A stretch of 64,000 bases of DNA, taken from positions 1,344,070-1,408,069 of the forward strand of contig NZ_CP047030.1 of assembly GCF_009796825.1 (NCBI RefSeq), written 5' to 3'. Below the pieces are notes generated by a model. It worked only from the letters and a program-made list of their open reading frames with translations, made no database searches and had not been told where the DNA came from. This document shows positions 48,556 to 58,512 of the stretch, in pieces; the first letter of the stretch is position 1, and every line of letters begins with the position of its first letter. Made by a program: the position numbers and the translations under genes. This DNA is from Algibacter sp. L3A6 (GTDB taxonomy: Bacteria; Bacteroidota; Bacteroidia; Flavobacteriales; Flavobacteriaceae).

Positions 48556-49719
48556 TTATCCTCTAAACAAGAAGAAATCATCTTTCATATCTTCAATTTG
48601 AGCATCTTCATTAGTGATAATATAATCAATTGCTTTAGATGTAAAAGCATCACCTTTTTCTGTTAAGGAAACAATATTTTTTTCAAACTGAATCATATTG
48701 TTTTTAAGCGCCAAATCTAATACCGTTTTAGAACGTACTTTTTGCCAATTAATATGTTCGTTAAGGTGATTTACGTGGCGTTCGCGCGCTTCAGTATGGT
48801 TTTTTAAATGGAGTAGAAACGTTAATAACGATACTTCTGTACGCTGTTGCTTTTCTCTATAAATTACAGCAATAACACCTTTACTTGGCGCAAATAAATA
48901 AACAGCCAAAAATAGTAAACCAAGCATAGTGGTTATCGATCCTGCAATGGAAGCATCAAGAAAATGCGCTAACCAATATCCAGAAATCGCACTAAAAACA
49001 CCAAAACAAATCGCTAAAACAAGCATGCGTTTTAAATTATTAGTCAGTAAATAAGCCGTAGCCGCAGGAGAAATCATAAGTGCAACTACTAAAATAGCTC
49101 CAACGGCATCGAACGCTCCAACGGTGGTTATAGACGATACCGTCATTAATCCATAATGTATAACTGCCGGAGAAAACCCTAACGACGCCGCTAAGCCTGC
49201 ATCAAAAGTGCTTACTTTTAATTCTTTAAAAAAAGCAACCAACAAAGCAATGGTTATTAACAGAATAACACCAATAACCCATAAAGATTTTGGTCCAACA
49301 TCGACACCCGAAACTATAAATCTATCAAAAGGTGTAAAGGCAAGTTCGCCAAGTAAAACGGCATCAATATCCAAGTGAATATCATTAGCGTTTTTAGCAA
49401 TCATAATAACACCGATACTAAACAAAATAGGGAATACTAAACCAATAGCGGTATCTTCTTTTACTAACCCAGTTTTTTGAATATACTCTACCAGAACAAC
49501 TGTAATAATACCTGTTAAAGCCGCTAACAATATAAGCAATGGGGAATTTAAATCTTGTGTAATAAAAAATCCAATAACAATTCCTGGTAAAATAGAATGA
49601 CTAATAGCATCGCTAATCATAGCCATTTTTCTAAGCACCAAAAACGTTCCAGGAATGGCACATGCAATAGCAACCAAACTAGCAATAAGCTGTATTTCAA
49701 TTTGTGCGTTACTCATCAT
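48556..49719 (-). CDS. metal (Mn/Zn-type) ABC transporter permease, ABC-3 family, with ~100-aa C-terminal winged-helix-like extension
   Basis: 387 aa; ~8 TM helices then soluble tail …LALKNNMIQFEKNIVSLTEKGDAFTSKAIDYII. Confidence 0.8.
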   Translation of the reverse strand: MMSNAQIEIQLIASLVAIACAIPGTFLVLRKMAMISDAISHSILPGIVIGFFITQDLNSPLLILLAALTGIITVVLVEYIQKTGLVKEDTAIGLVFPILFSIGVIMIAKNANDIHLDIDAVLLGELAFTPFDRFIVSGVDVGPKSLWVIGVILLITIALLVAFFKELKVSTFDAGLAASLGFSPAVIHYGLMTVSSITTVGAFDAVGAILVVALMISPAATAYLLTNNLKRMLVLAICFGVFSAISGYWLAHFLDASIAGSITTMLGLLFLAVYLFAPSKGVIAVIYREKQQRTEVSLLTFLLHLKNHTEARERHVNHLNEHINWQKVRSKTVLDLALKNNMIQFEKNIVSLTEKGDAFTSKAIDYIITNEDAQIEDMKDDFFLFRG

Positions 49720-50836
49720 TATTGTTTTGTTGATTATACAAATTGGATGCTGTTTTATATCCTTCTTCCGTTAAGCTCCATTTTTTTCCTTTAAGGGTAA
49801 CGTAATGTTTATCGACTAATTTCTGGAGCGTTCCTTTTGTATAACCTTGAAAATTATTTAAAATTTTAATGGTATGCGGATGGGAGATATTATCATGCGT
49901 TTCCGCGATATGAAACATGAAAGCTAATGTTTTATGAAGCTCTAAATCTCGACGGTTTTTAATAAATCGAATTTGTTTAAAAAGCAATCCACGACTTGGA
50001 GAAAATATAAACGACACCAAAACAAAAACACCTGCAACAATAACAATGACTGGCCCTGTAGATAAATTGTTTTGACTAGAACTAATAGCCGTTCCAAAAA
50101 CCCCTGAAAAAGCACCAAAAAGAGCAGCTAAAAACACCATAAGCCCTAAGCTATTTGTCCATTGGCGTGCAGCAGCAGCAGGTGCTAAAAGCATAGCACT
50201 CATAAGTACAACACCAACCGTTTGCAAGCCTAAAACAATTGCTAAAACAATAAAGGTTGTAATTAATATATCGATAAACTTGGTATTAAAACCAAGTGTT
50301 TTAGTGTAATCGGCATCGAAAAGTAGTATTTTAAACTCTTTCCAAAAGAGTAATAAAACAAATAAACACACACCGGTTACAATAGCCATTAACCAAACAT
50401 CGCTCTCTACTAAAGTTGCTGCCTGACCAAATAAATACTTATCTAAACCAGCCTGATTAGCATTAGGTTGTTTTTGAATAAAAGTTAAAAGCAACATACC
50501 GAAACCAAAAAATAAGGATAAAATTAAGCCTAAAGCTGTATCGGATTTTAAATGTGTTTTCTTGATAATACTTCTAATCCAAAAAGTTCCCAAAAGCCCG
50601 CTAACCAAAGCACCTAAAAGCAATACATTACTATTCTTTGCGCCTGTAATTAAAAAAGCAATCGCAATACCCGGCAAAGCAGCATGAGAAATAGCATCGC
50701 CCAAAAGACTCTGTTTTCTTAAAACAGCAAAGCTACCAAGCATCCCAGTAACAGCGCCAAGAATAGCTGTACCAAGCGTTATGGTTCTAAGTGTATAATC
50801 TGTAAAGACTAGATTAAAATATTCTGTTATATCCAT
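49709..50836 (-). CDS. metal ABC transporter permease, ABC-3 family, with C-terminal winged-helix-like extension
   Basis: 375 aa; paralog of 48556..49719; tail …IKILNNFQGYTKGTLQKLVDKHYVTLKGKKWSLTEEGYKTA. Confidence 0.8.
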   Translation of the reverse strand: MDITEYFNLVFTDYTLRTITLGTAILGAVTGMLGSFAVLRKQSLLGDAISHAALPGIAIAFLITGAKNSNVLLLGALVSGLLGTFWIRSIIKKTHLKSDTALGLILSLFFGFGMLLLTFIQKQPNANQAGLDKYLFGQAATLVESDVWLMAIVTGVCLFVLLLFWKEFKILLFDADYTKTLGFNTKFIDILITTFIVLAIVLGLQTVGVVLMSAMLLAPAAAARQWTNSLGLMVFLAALFGAFSGVFGTAISSSQNNLSTGPVIVIVAGVFVLVSFIFSPSRGLLFKQIRFIKNRRDLELHKTLAFMFHIAETHDNISHPHTIKILNNFQGYTKGTLQKLVDKHYVTLKGKKWSLTEEGYKTASNLYNQQNNNDE

Positions 50837-50890
50837 TTCTATTATATTGAACGCGTTGTTTTTTGTTGCAACAAGCCTTATAAACTATAA

Positions 50891-51628
50891 TTATTCCTGA
50901 ATACTCACTTTATAATTTATACCGTAGGTTTTAGTTAAATTATCGTCGTTAAAAATATCCTTAACGGGACCCGTGGCAATTTTTTTCACGTTTAAAAAGG
51001 TAACCCAATCGAAATACTCAGGAACAGTTTGCAAATCGTGGTGCACTACAACTACCGTTTTCCCAGCTTTTCGAAGTTCTTTCAAAATATTGATTATCGC
51101 AATTTCGGTAGTAGCATCTACACCTTGAAACGGCTCGTCCATAAAATAGATCGATGCGTTTTGCACCAAAGCACGTGCTAAAAATATACGTTGTTGTTGC
51201 CCTCCAGAAAGCTGACTAATTTGCCTGTTTTTAAAAGCAAGCATACCAACTTTTTCCAACGCTTCTAAAGATTCTTTTTTTTCTTTTAGACCAGGACGTT
51301 TAATCCAACCTAAACTTCCATAAGTCCCCATAGTCACAACATCTAAGGCCGTAGTAGGGAAATCCCAATCTACACTTCCTTTTTGTGGCACATAGGCTAC
51401 TAAATGACGTTGTTTTTCATAGCTCTTGCCAAAAATAGATACACTACCTGCAATAGGTTTTAAAATCCCTAAAATAGATTTTATAAGCGTCGATTTCCCT
51501 GCTCCATTTGGCCCCACAATAGCCATAAGCACACCTTCGGGAATTTCTAAATCAATATCCCAAAGTACGGGTTTATAGTTATAAGCCACCGTTAAATCGT
51601 CAACCTGAACTGCTATATTTTTTTTCAT
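50891..51628 (-). CDS. metal ABC transporter ATP-binding protein (ZnuC/MntA-like)
   Basis: 245 aa; Walker [10 protein letters not shown], signature LSGGQQQR, Walker B IYFMDEP. Confidence 0.85.
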   Translation of the reverse strand: MKKNIAVQVDDLTVAYNYKPVLWDIDLEIPEGVLMAIVGPNGAGKSTLIKSILGILKPIAGSVSIFGKSYEKQRHLVAYVPQKGSVDWDFPTTALDVVTMGTYGSLGWIKRPGLKEKKESLEALEKVGMLAFKNRQISQLSGGQQQRIFLARALVQNASIYFMDEPFQGVDATTEIAIINILKELRKAGKTVVVVHHDLQTVPEYFDWVTFLNVKKIATGPVKDIFNDDNLTKTYGINYKVSIQE

Positions 51629-52599
51629 GTATTTTCAATTTTATAATAATCACTCCATGATCTAAATCGACCCACAAACATTTTTAGGTAATTTTCTGTG
51701 AGGAAAATATTAGACCAATCGAATCGTTGAGCCTGAACGCCAAGATAGAACACAAAAACCGCAAGTCCAGCTTTTGGCAATAATTGTAATTCTTTTTCTG
51801 GTATTACATTTACGTTCTGATAGCCTTTTAAAAAGCTTTCCTTTTTTGCTTCGTATTCTTTTTTATCAATTTCTATATGAAACAATTGTTTACAAAAGTA
51901 ACCAATATCCAAAATTTGTGATCCGTTGCCACAAAAATCAAAATCGAAAATGGTTATCTCAGTTTGGTTTGCAATACTCATATTATCATACCAAATATCT
52001 AAATGCACCACACCTTTTCGGGTGTTTTCAAACTCGGCATCTTCAAAAAACCCTTCTATAGATTTCACAAATTCCACCTCTGGTAAAGTCTCTGAAAAGT
52101 ATGATTTTAATTTTTGATATGGTAATTCTAAAAGTGATTTTTTGTTATAAGTAATCCGCTCGATAATTTGGTCTTGGCTGGCATGGTGTATTTTACCCAT
52201 TAATTCGCCGATAGCGTAACACATATCTGTATTTAAAAATCGAATTTTATCGCCTTCCGCAAAAGAAAACAGTACAGCATAACGAATACCTTCGGGTGCT
52301 TTTACAGTTTGTATATATGTTTGGTTTTTATCTAAAACCGGCACAGAAACACCTAAACCGTTACTTTTTAGTTTATTTAAAAGCGTTAGCTCTTCGGTTA
52401 TTTCGGTTTTAGAACGCCAATTGTAACAGTAAACCCGAAGTACATATTTTGTTTTTCCGTTGGAAATAAAATAGGTGTGATTCATTCCTGTTCTAAACAA
52501 CGTGCACACGTAGCTCTTATCTAGCTCGTATTGTTCTTTTGCAAATTCCCCAAGAGCTTCCGCAGATATGGTTGATGTTGTAACAGGAAATGTATTCAT
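51625..52599 (-). CDS. aminoglycoside-phosphotransferase-like (APH/choline-kinase fold) kinase embedded in metal ABC operon
   Basis: 324 aa; catalytic-loop-like HLDIWYDN and DFDF motifs; stop overlaps ATPase start (ATGA). Confidence 0.5.
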   Translation of the reverse strand: MNTFPVTTSTISAEALGEFAKEQYELDKSYVCTLFRTGMNHTYFISNGKTKYVLRVYCYNWRSKTEITEELTLLNKLKSNGLGVSVPVLDKNQTYIQTVKAPEGIRYAVLFSFAEGDKIRFLNTDMCYAIGELMGKIHHASQDQIIERITYNKKSLLELPYQKLKSYFSETLPEVEFVKSIEGFFEDAEFENTRKGVVHLDIWYDNMSIANQTEITIFDFDFCGNGSQILDIGYFCKQLFHIEIDKKEYEAKKESFLKGYQNVNVIPEKELQLLPKAGLAVFVFYLGVQAQRFDWSNIFLTENYLKMFVGRFRSWSDYYKIENT

Positions 52600-52833
52600 G
52601 TTTTTTTTACGGTTTTGAGCCTATGTATAAACTTTACTGATTTCTTTTCTAAATTACTTCTTACACTAGCTTTCGCAGATGATTTAGCCCTGATAGCAGC
52701 GGCATCCTTTTTTTTTGAAAACTCACTTTACTGTATGCACCAACTCTAATTTAACAACTTTATCAAAGCTGTTAAAAGTAGCTTTCACTAAAAAAAGATA
52801 TAGCGAATAGCAGGATTAGCTTCTAATAAAAAC

Positions 52834-53739
52834 TTATTCTAACGCGTTAACTATGGTGTTTACATTATACTTAAACATGCCGATATAAGTACCTTCGGGT
52901 GTTCCTGTAGTACCCAGCGCATCAGAATAAAGCGACCCACCAATATCGACGTTATGATCTTTAGAGTTTACTGCAGCCTGCAGCGCCTCAATGGTACGTT
53001 TAGGCACCGAACTTTCTATAAAAATGGCTTTAATTTTATTTTCTATAATAAAGGCAGACAGGTTTTGAACATCTTGCACACCGGCTTCGGTTGCTGTTGA
53101 AATACCTTGCAGTCCGCGTACTTGAAAACCATAGGCTTTACCAAAATAATTAAAGGCATCGTGTGCGGTTACTAAAATGCGTTTGTCTTTTGGAAGCGTT
53201 TCGATAGTACTTTTTAAAGTAGTTTGTAACGCTTTTAACTCCACGATATACTTAGCGCTATTGGCTTGAAATAGATCTTTTTTCTCAGGAAGCGCTTCGG
53301 ATAATTTATCGGCTACAAATTGGGTAATCAAAATCCAATATTCGGTATTAAACCAAATGTGTGGATCGTAATTTGATGCAAAATACTCTGAACCAATTAG
53401 TGTTTTTTCGTCGATAGCATCGGAAAGTGCCACCGTTTTAATGTTTCGCATTTTTTCGAAAATCTCTACGAGCTTACCTTCTAAGTGCAGACCATTGTAA
53501 AAAATAATATCGGCACCAGACAACTTACTTACATCGCCTTCACTGGCTTTATAAAGGTGCGGATCTACACCGCTCCCCATTAACCCTTGTACATTTACCT
53601 CATCGCCAGCTACGTTTTTAACCAAATCGGTTATCATGGATGTGGTGGTAACAATATTTAGTTTTTGGTTGGCTTTTTTATCTGTTTTGCAGCTAAAAAT
53701 AATTAAGCTAACAAAAACTATGTAGATGTATTTTTTCAT
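52834..53739 (-). CDS. metal ABC transporter substrate-binding protein (ZnuA/TroA/MntC family, cluster A-I)
   Basis: 301 aa; signal peptide; conserved His/Asp ligand positions (DPHLY, DPHIW, AHDAFNYF). Confidence 0.85.
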   Translation of the reverse strand: MKKYIYIVFVSLIIFSCKTDKKANQKLNIVTTTSMITDLVKNVAGDEVNVQGLMGSGVDPHLYKASEGDVSKLSGADIIFYNGLHLEGKLVEIFEKMRNIKTVALSDAIDEKTLIGSEYFASNYDPHIWFNTEYWILITQFVADKLSEALPEKKDLFQANSAKYIVELKALQTTLKSTIETLPKDKRILVTAHDAFNYFGKAYGFQVRGLQGISTATEAGVQDVQNLSAFIIENKIKAIFIESSVPKRTIEALQAAVNSKDHNVDIGGSLYSDALGTTGTPEGTYIGMFKYNVNTIVNALE

Positions 53740-53777
53740 GAATTTTAATTTTTGTGAAATTACTAAAAAGCAATTAA

Positions 53778-56045
53778 TTATTTCAATGAATATCTTAAAC
53801 CTAAAAAGGCTCTAATTCCTTGGTTTGGTGCGTAAACATAAGTTGGATCGAAAGTTAGTCCGTAAGGATTATCTGGAGTAACTTGTGCGTTGCCATTGTT
53901 ATCGAAAGTAACGTCTTTATCGAACGGATCGTTTGCGCGAGCAATAATAAACGGATTACCTTTATTTGGCGTCCAGTTTAATAGGTTTTTAACACCACCA
54001 TAAATTTCTAAATTTTCAAGACCATCGAAGGTTAATTGTATATTTTGAATACTCCAAACAGGTGAATTTTCACTTCTAGGATCTAAATCGCTCAATAAAG
54101 GCAATCGCATAGGGCCATAAATATTACCAGTATAATCTACCGACAGGTTGTATTTGTAATTTTTATAGGTTGCCGCCCAGGTTCCGGTAAAACGCTCAGT
54201 AAGTATTTGGCGTTCTTTTATACCATTTTCTGTTTGCGACACATCTTGAAATGTACCACCAACAAGAAGTTTAACACCGCTTGTTACTATAGCATCTAAA
54301 TTAACACTTACTCCTTTTGTTACTGCTTTACCATCTAAATTATCGTATATAATTTGATTTGGATTAGTATCATAATCTGGTAAAATTAAGTTTGAAAAAT
54401 GAGTATACCATGTCGAAATATCCAACCCAATAATAGACCCAGATTTTGTGTAGAATTTTTTAAGATAATTCAGGTTTATATTAACAGAGCGTTCTGGTTT
54501 TAATGCTTCGGCAATTACAACATCTCTGGCTCCGGTAAGTGCAGCATGCTCTTCAGTAAAAATATTAACAACTCTAAAACCTGTTCCGGCATTTACTCTA
54601 AAAACATCATCGGGTGTTGGTTTAAATTTATACGCAATTCGTGGCGTGAATATATTACCGTGTCTTTTATCGTAATCGTAACGCGCACCTAACAGTAAAG
54701 TGTTTTTTTTGCTTATTTTTATTTCATCTTGCGCAAAAACAGAAGGTATAACCACCTCATCGGCACCTAATGTTGCAGGTGTACTATCGTTATAATAATT
54801 ATATCTAGCCGCTGCTCCAAAAAGTAAATCGTGGTTTTTAAGAGATTTATCCCAAGTAAATTGTCCGAAACCTATTTTTTGTTGCGCTAAAAACGCTGTA
54901 TCACCATAAACGGAATTTTGGTCGTGATCTGTATATGAAAATTGAAACATCACCTTTTCCTTAATTGGTAATTGATATTTACCTAAAAGCTCCCCGCGCT
55001 TGGTATAAATACTTTCTCCGTAGATTTCATTTCCGCCTCTATAATCGGAATTCCATTGCATCTCCCCGCCCCATCGATCTTCATAAAAAACACGGCCAGC
55101 CAAAGATAAAACTCTGTTTTCTTTACGTTTAAAATTCCATTTTTGGAAAACGGATATTCTATTCTGAAGCGTTAAATCTGTAAAATCATCACCATTATTA
55201 TCTATAGGATTATTGTAGTTAAAGTAGTTAACACCAAAAAGTAAGTTGGCTTTTTTTCCTACCCTAGTATTAAAACCTAAATCTAAATTAACCTCTCCCC
55301 AACCTGTTACGTAGCTATCCGCAAAGAAGCGCGGTGCATTTTCGGGTAACTTAGTAATAATATTAATTAAGCCTCCAACAGCTTCACTTCCATAAAGAGA
55401 TGATGCAGGACCTTTTACAATTTCAATTTGTTCTATTAAAGAATTTGGAATTCCAGATAAACCATAAACCGTAGAAAGCCCACTTACAATTGGCATACCA
55501 TCTATTAAAACTAAAGTATATGGCCCTTCTAAACCATTGATATGAATATCTCCCGTATTACAAACATTGCAATTTATTTGAGGGCGCACACCATTTACGT
55601 TTTGCAACGCTTCGAAAATATTTGGCGTCGGATTCTTCTTTAAAAAAGTAGTAGAATACACTTCTACAGGCACCGGACTATCTAATCTAGAAACAGCTTT
55701 TAGCGTTCCTGTTACTACAACCTCATCTAATAATTCAGATTCCGGCAAGTTAAAATTGATAGTTACATCTTTTGATTCAGATACTGTTATGCTTCTTTTT
55801 TGCGTTTGATAACCTGTAAACGAGGCGATGATAGTATATTTTCCCGGTGCAACATTTTTAAAGCTAAACATACCGTTATCATTAGAAACCGCACCTTTTT
55901 GAGTTCCTTTTAAATATACGTTTACATACGGTAATGCATCGCCATTTGTAGATGTTTTACCTGTTATGGTTTGTGCCCTTACCACATAACTTAACAAACA
56001 TAAAATTACAAGTATTAGATTCCTCATGTTTTTAATTTTTGACAA
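53778..56045 (-). CDS. TonB-dependent receptor (CarboxypepD_reg N-domain + plug + barrel)
   Basis: 755 aa; signal peptide; first gene of metal uptake operon. Confidence 0.85.
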   Translation of the reverse strand: MSKIKNMRNLILVILCLLSYVVRAQTITGKTSTNGDALPYVNVYLKGTQKGAVSNDNGMFSFKNVAPGKYTIIASFTGYQTQKRSITVSESKDVTINFNLPESELLDEVVVTGTLKAVSRLDSPVPVEVYSTTFLKKNPTPNIFEALQNVNGVRPQINCNVCNTGDIHINGLEGPYTLVLIDGMPIVSGLSTVYGLSGIPNSLIEQIEIVKGPASSLYGSEAVGGLINIITKLPENAPRFFADSYVTGWGEVNLDLGFNTRVGKKANLLFGVNYFNYNNPIDNNGDDFTDLTLQNRISVFQKWNFKRKENRVLSLAGRVFYEDRWGGEMQWNSDYRGGNEIYGESIYTKRGELLGKYQLPIKEKVMFQFSYTDHDQNSVYGDTAFLAQQKIGFGQFTWDKSLKNHDLLFGAAARYNYYNDSTPATLGADEVVIPSVFAQDEIKISKKNTLLLGARYDYDKRHGNIFTPRIAYKFKPTPDDVFRVNAGTGFRVVNIFTEEHAALTGARDVVIAEALKPERSVNINLNYLKKFYTKSGSIIGLDISTWYTHFSNLILPDYDTNPNQIIYDNLDGKAVTKGVSVNLDAIVTSGVKLLVGGTFQDVSQTENGIKERQILTERFTGTWAATYKNYKYNLSVDYTGNIYGPMRLPLLSDLDPRSENSPVWSIQNIQLTFDGLENLEIYGGVKNLLNWTPNKGNPFIIARANDPFDKDVTFDNNGNAQVTPDNPYGLTFDPTYVYAPNQGIRAFLGLRYSLK

Positions 56046-56048
56046 ATA

Positions 56049-56084
56049 TAAAAATATTTTTAGATAAGTCTAAAAATATTTTTA
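56049..56084. promoter_or_regulatory. two identical perfect 14-bp palindromes TAAAAATATTTTTA (putative DtxR/MntR-type operator pair), centres 22 bp apart
   Basis: 56049-56062 and 56071-56084, in the 84-bp divergent intergenic region between TBDR operon and DtxR gene. Confidence 0.5.
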
Positions 56085-56129
56085 AAGTTTTAATTATTAT
56101 ATATTTGTGACATCTCTAAAAAAAGCATC

Positions 56130-56786
56130 ATGGTTACCCTTACGGAAGAAAATTACATCAAAGCTATTTACCACTTAGGCAAGCAAGACGAAAACAACGT
56201 TAGCACGAATGCCATTGCTAAAGAAATGGAGACTAAGGCCTCTTCCGTCTCTGATATGGTGAAAAAACTTTCTGAGAAAGGCTATGCTGATTATAAAAAA
56301 TATCAAGGCGTTACTTTAACGAAAGAAGGAAAACTTATTGCTGTGAATATTGTTAGGAAACATAGGTTATGGGAAGTATTTTTATCCGAAAAATTAAATT
56401 TTTCCTGGGATGAAATACATGATGTTGCAGAACAACTGGAACATATAAAATCAGAGAAGCTTATCAAGCAATTAGATGCATTTTTAGATTACCCATCTCA
56501 CGATCCGCATGGTGACCCAATTCCGGACGAGAACGGAAGAATACAAAGCATCGATAAAATATTATTATCTCAAGCTCAAGTTAACAATGTTTGCATTTGT
56601 GTTGGGGTTAAAGACTCTTCTTCGGAATTTTTAAAATACCTAGACAAGCACGGTATAGCCTTAGGCACAGAGCTAAAAGTAACCAACAAAGAACCTTTTG
56701 ACAACTCGATAACGATTACCATAAATCATTCGGAATTTATAATTTCTAATATTATAGCTAATAATTTATTTGTCAAATTAGCATAA
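56130..56786 (+). CDS. DtxR/MntR-family metal-dependent transcriptional regulator with C-terminal FeoA/SH3-like domain
   Basis: 218 aa; NYIKAIYHL…, metal-binding/dimerisation domain (HRLWEVFL…), C-terminal SH3-like. Confidence 0.85.
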   Translation: MVTLTEENYIKAIYHLGKQDENNVSTNAIAKEMETKASSVSDMVKKLSEKGYADYKKYQGVTLTKEGKLIAVNIVRKHRLWEVFLSEKLNFSWDEIHDVAEQLEHIKSEKLIKQLDAFLDYPSHDPHGDPIPDENGRIQSIDKILLSQAQVNNVCICVGVKDSSSEFLKYLDKHGIALGTELKVTNKEPFDNSITITINHSEFIISNIIANNLFVKLA

Positions 56787-56868
56787 CTCCTGTTTTATAA
56801 AAAAAGTATTACAAAATTAGCGTAAGGCACGAATTTTGATAAAATTTATATATCCAAAAATTCAAAAT

Positions 56869-57408
56869 ATGAAGTCGTTTTTACTCGTTTTTGTAGTTGC
56901 ATTCTGTTTTTCTTGTATTCCGGTTCGCATTGCCCCAACCATTAAAACCGACAAAGTTATGGTTGCGAAAAAATTTAAACGCAAGTTACCCAAGCGTCAA
57001 GCTTTTATTTTTGAAGACCCAAAAAACGCCAATGAGTTTTATAATTATGTGAATACGAAGCATGAATTACAGTTTCAAGACGTAGAATTTAATGTCCCTT
57101 TTGAAGTTGATGGTACACTATTTTATTTTTCGTTTCACGAAGTAGAGATTCCAGACAAAACTATCAATCTTATCCCTATTATAATTGACGCTAAATTAGA
57201 CAACGGTGGCAGCAGCCCTCTATTTGAGGACAGTTACGCATCAAGACAAGGCAACTGGTATATTGCCATTACCGTAAACGATGAAGCTATGAATGATTGC
57301 TTAAAACCGAATAGCGTATATAAAGCATCCGTTTTAAAATATTTAAAACAGATGCGATTAGAATACTTAAATACAAGTAATTATCTAGAAGCTTTACTAA
57401 GACGATAA
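56869..57408 (+). CDS. hypothetical lipoprotein
   Basis: ORF 56836..57408; lipobox MKSFLLVFVVAFCFSC from ATG 56869. Confidence 0.4.
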   Translation: MKSFLLVFVVAFCFSCIPVRIAPTIKTDKVMVAKKFKRKLPKRQAFIFEDPKNANEFYNYVNTKHELQFQDVEFNVPFEVDGTLFYFSFHEVEIPDKTINLIPIIIDAKLDNGGSSPLFEDSYASRQGNWYIAITVNDEAMNDCLKPNSVYKASVLKYLKQMRLEYLNTSNYLEALLRR

Positions 57409-58287
57409 TTAACTATTTTTAAAACGTACTTGCTTTCTTATTTTCTTCGGAAACTTCTTTATTGAAGTTAATGTTAAATCTTTGTAATAACACTCAGCAG
57501 CTTCTGATTGGATTTGGATTTGCCCTTTGTTTAAAATTTCACCTTTATCATTCTTTGCATTTTCTACAACCATAACCACATGGCCATTTACAACATGTAC
57601 TGCATTATTTCCTAATACATAAATCTCTAAAAGATTCCACTCGCCATGAGGCGCATCGTGCTCTGATCCCGCATTAATATATCCGTTTGCCTCAAAATAC
57701 GCATCGGAATTTGGATTATATTTTTTAGACTCACCTCTAACCACAGCTGTAGGCTTACCCCTTTTAGGACTCGCAGTTCCGCCACCTAAAGGAATAAAAT
57801 CTCCTAAATCTGTTTCTTGTACTTGATATTCTAGAGATGTTTTCCAGGTCTTCCAAAAAGCCCCTTGTTCGCCATAACAATGGTAAAGAATACCACTATC
57901 GCGTTTTGCATCTAATCTTGGCTCCCATTTTTTATCACCCCATTTAAACAAGGTACTTAAATGATAATTTTCGTAGTCTTTTTTAGTGTTTATTCCACCT
58001 AAAATTTCACCACTAATATGTAATATTAATTCTCCGTTTTCTTCATTCACAGTAAAAACATCTTTAATATCGTTGTTTAAACCTAAAGCGGTACCGTTAT
58101 GCACATTATCAGATTGATATGTACCTTCTGGCAAATCGGTAACAGTGGCATGTGGAACTCCTATCCATTTTTCAAACTGACTTAAATCCTTATCCAGTAA
58201 ATGAATGGTTTTTGAGCTTTTTTGAGCTGCTACAGTTAAACTTGTTAAAATTAAAAATAGGGAAATGTACTTGAATTTAGAATGCAT
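57409..58287 (-). CDS. DUF1080 (3-keto-disaccharide hydrolase-like, LamG-like jelly-roll) secreted protein
   Basis: ORF 57409..58377; signal peptide [22 protein letters not shown] from 58287. Confidence 0.6.
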   Translation of the reverse strand: MHSKFKYISLFLILTSLTVAAQKSSKTIHLLDKDLSQFEKWIGVPHATVTDLPEGTYQSDNVHNGTALGLNNDIKDVFTVNEENGELILHISGEILGGINTKKDYENYHLSTLFKWGDKKWEPRLDAKRDSGILYHCYGEQGAFWKTWKTSLEYQVQETDLGDFIPLGGGTASPKRGKPTAVVRGESKKYNPNSDAYFEANGYINAGSEHDAPHGEWNLLEIYVLGNNAVHVVNGHVVMVVENAKNDKGEILNKGQIQIQSEAAECYYKDLTLTSIKKFPKKIRKQVRFKNS

Positions 58288-58361
58288 GGTTGGCTTATTT
58301 AGTTTAGCCAAATATAGATATATTCTTAAAAAGTAAGTAATATTTACTCTATGAATCTGTT

Positions 58362-58499
58362 TTAGTGACAGCCGCAACCATCATCTCCACCGCAGGCCTT
58401 TTTAGCACTTGGTTTCTTTACAAAGTATTTTTTAACCAAAGACCAAACTGCAAAAGCTACGGCTGCAAAAACGAGTATATTTTGAATTATAGTGTTCAT
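58362..58499 (-). CDS. FeoB-associated Cys-rich small membrane protein (45 aa)
   Basis: [45 protein letters not shown]; TM helix + Cys-rich tail, immediately downstream of feoB; the plus-strand track ORF 58365..58547 is the antisense artefact. Confidence 0.7.
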   Translation of the reverse strand: MNTIIQNILVFAAVAFAVWSLVKKYFVKKPSAKKACGGDDGCGCH

Positions 58500-58512
58500 T
58501 TTCTTTTAATTT

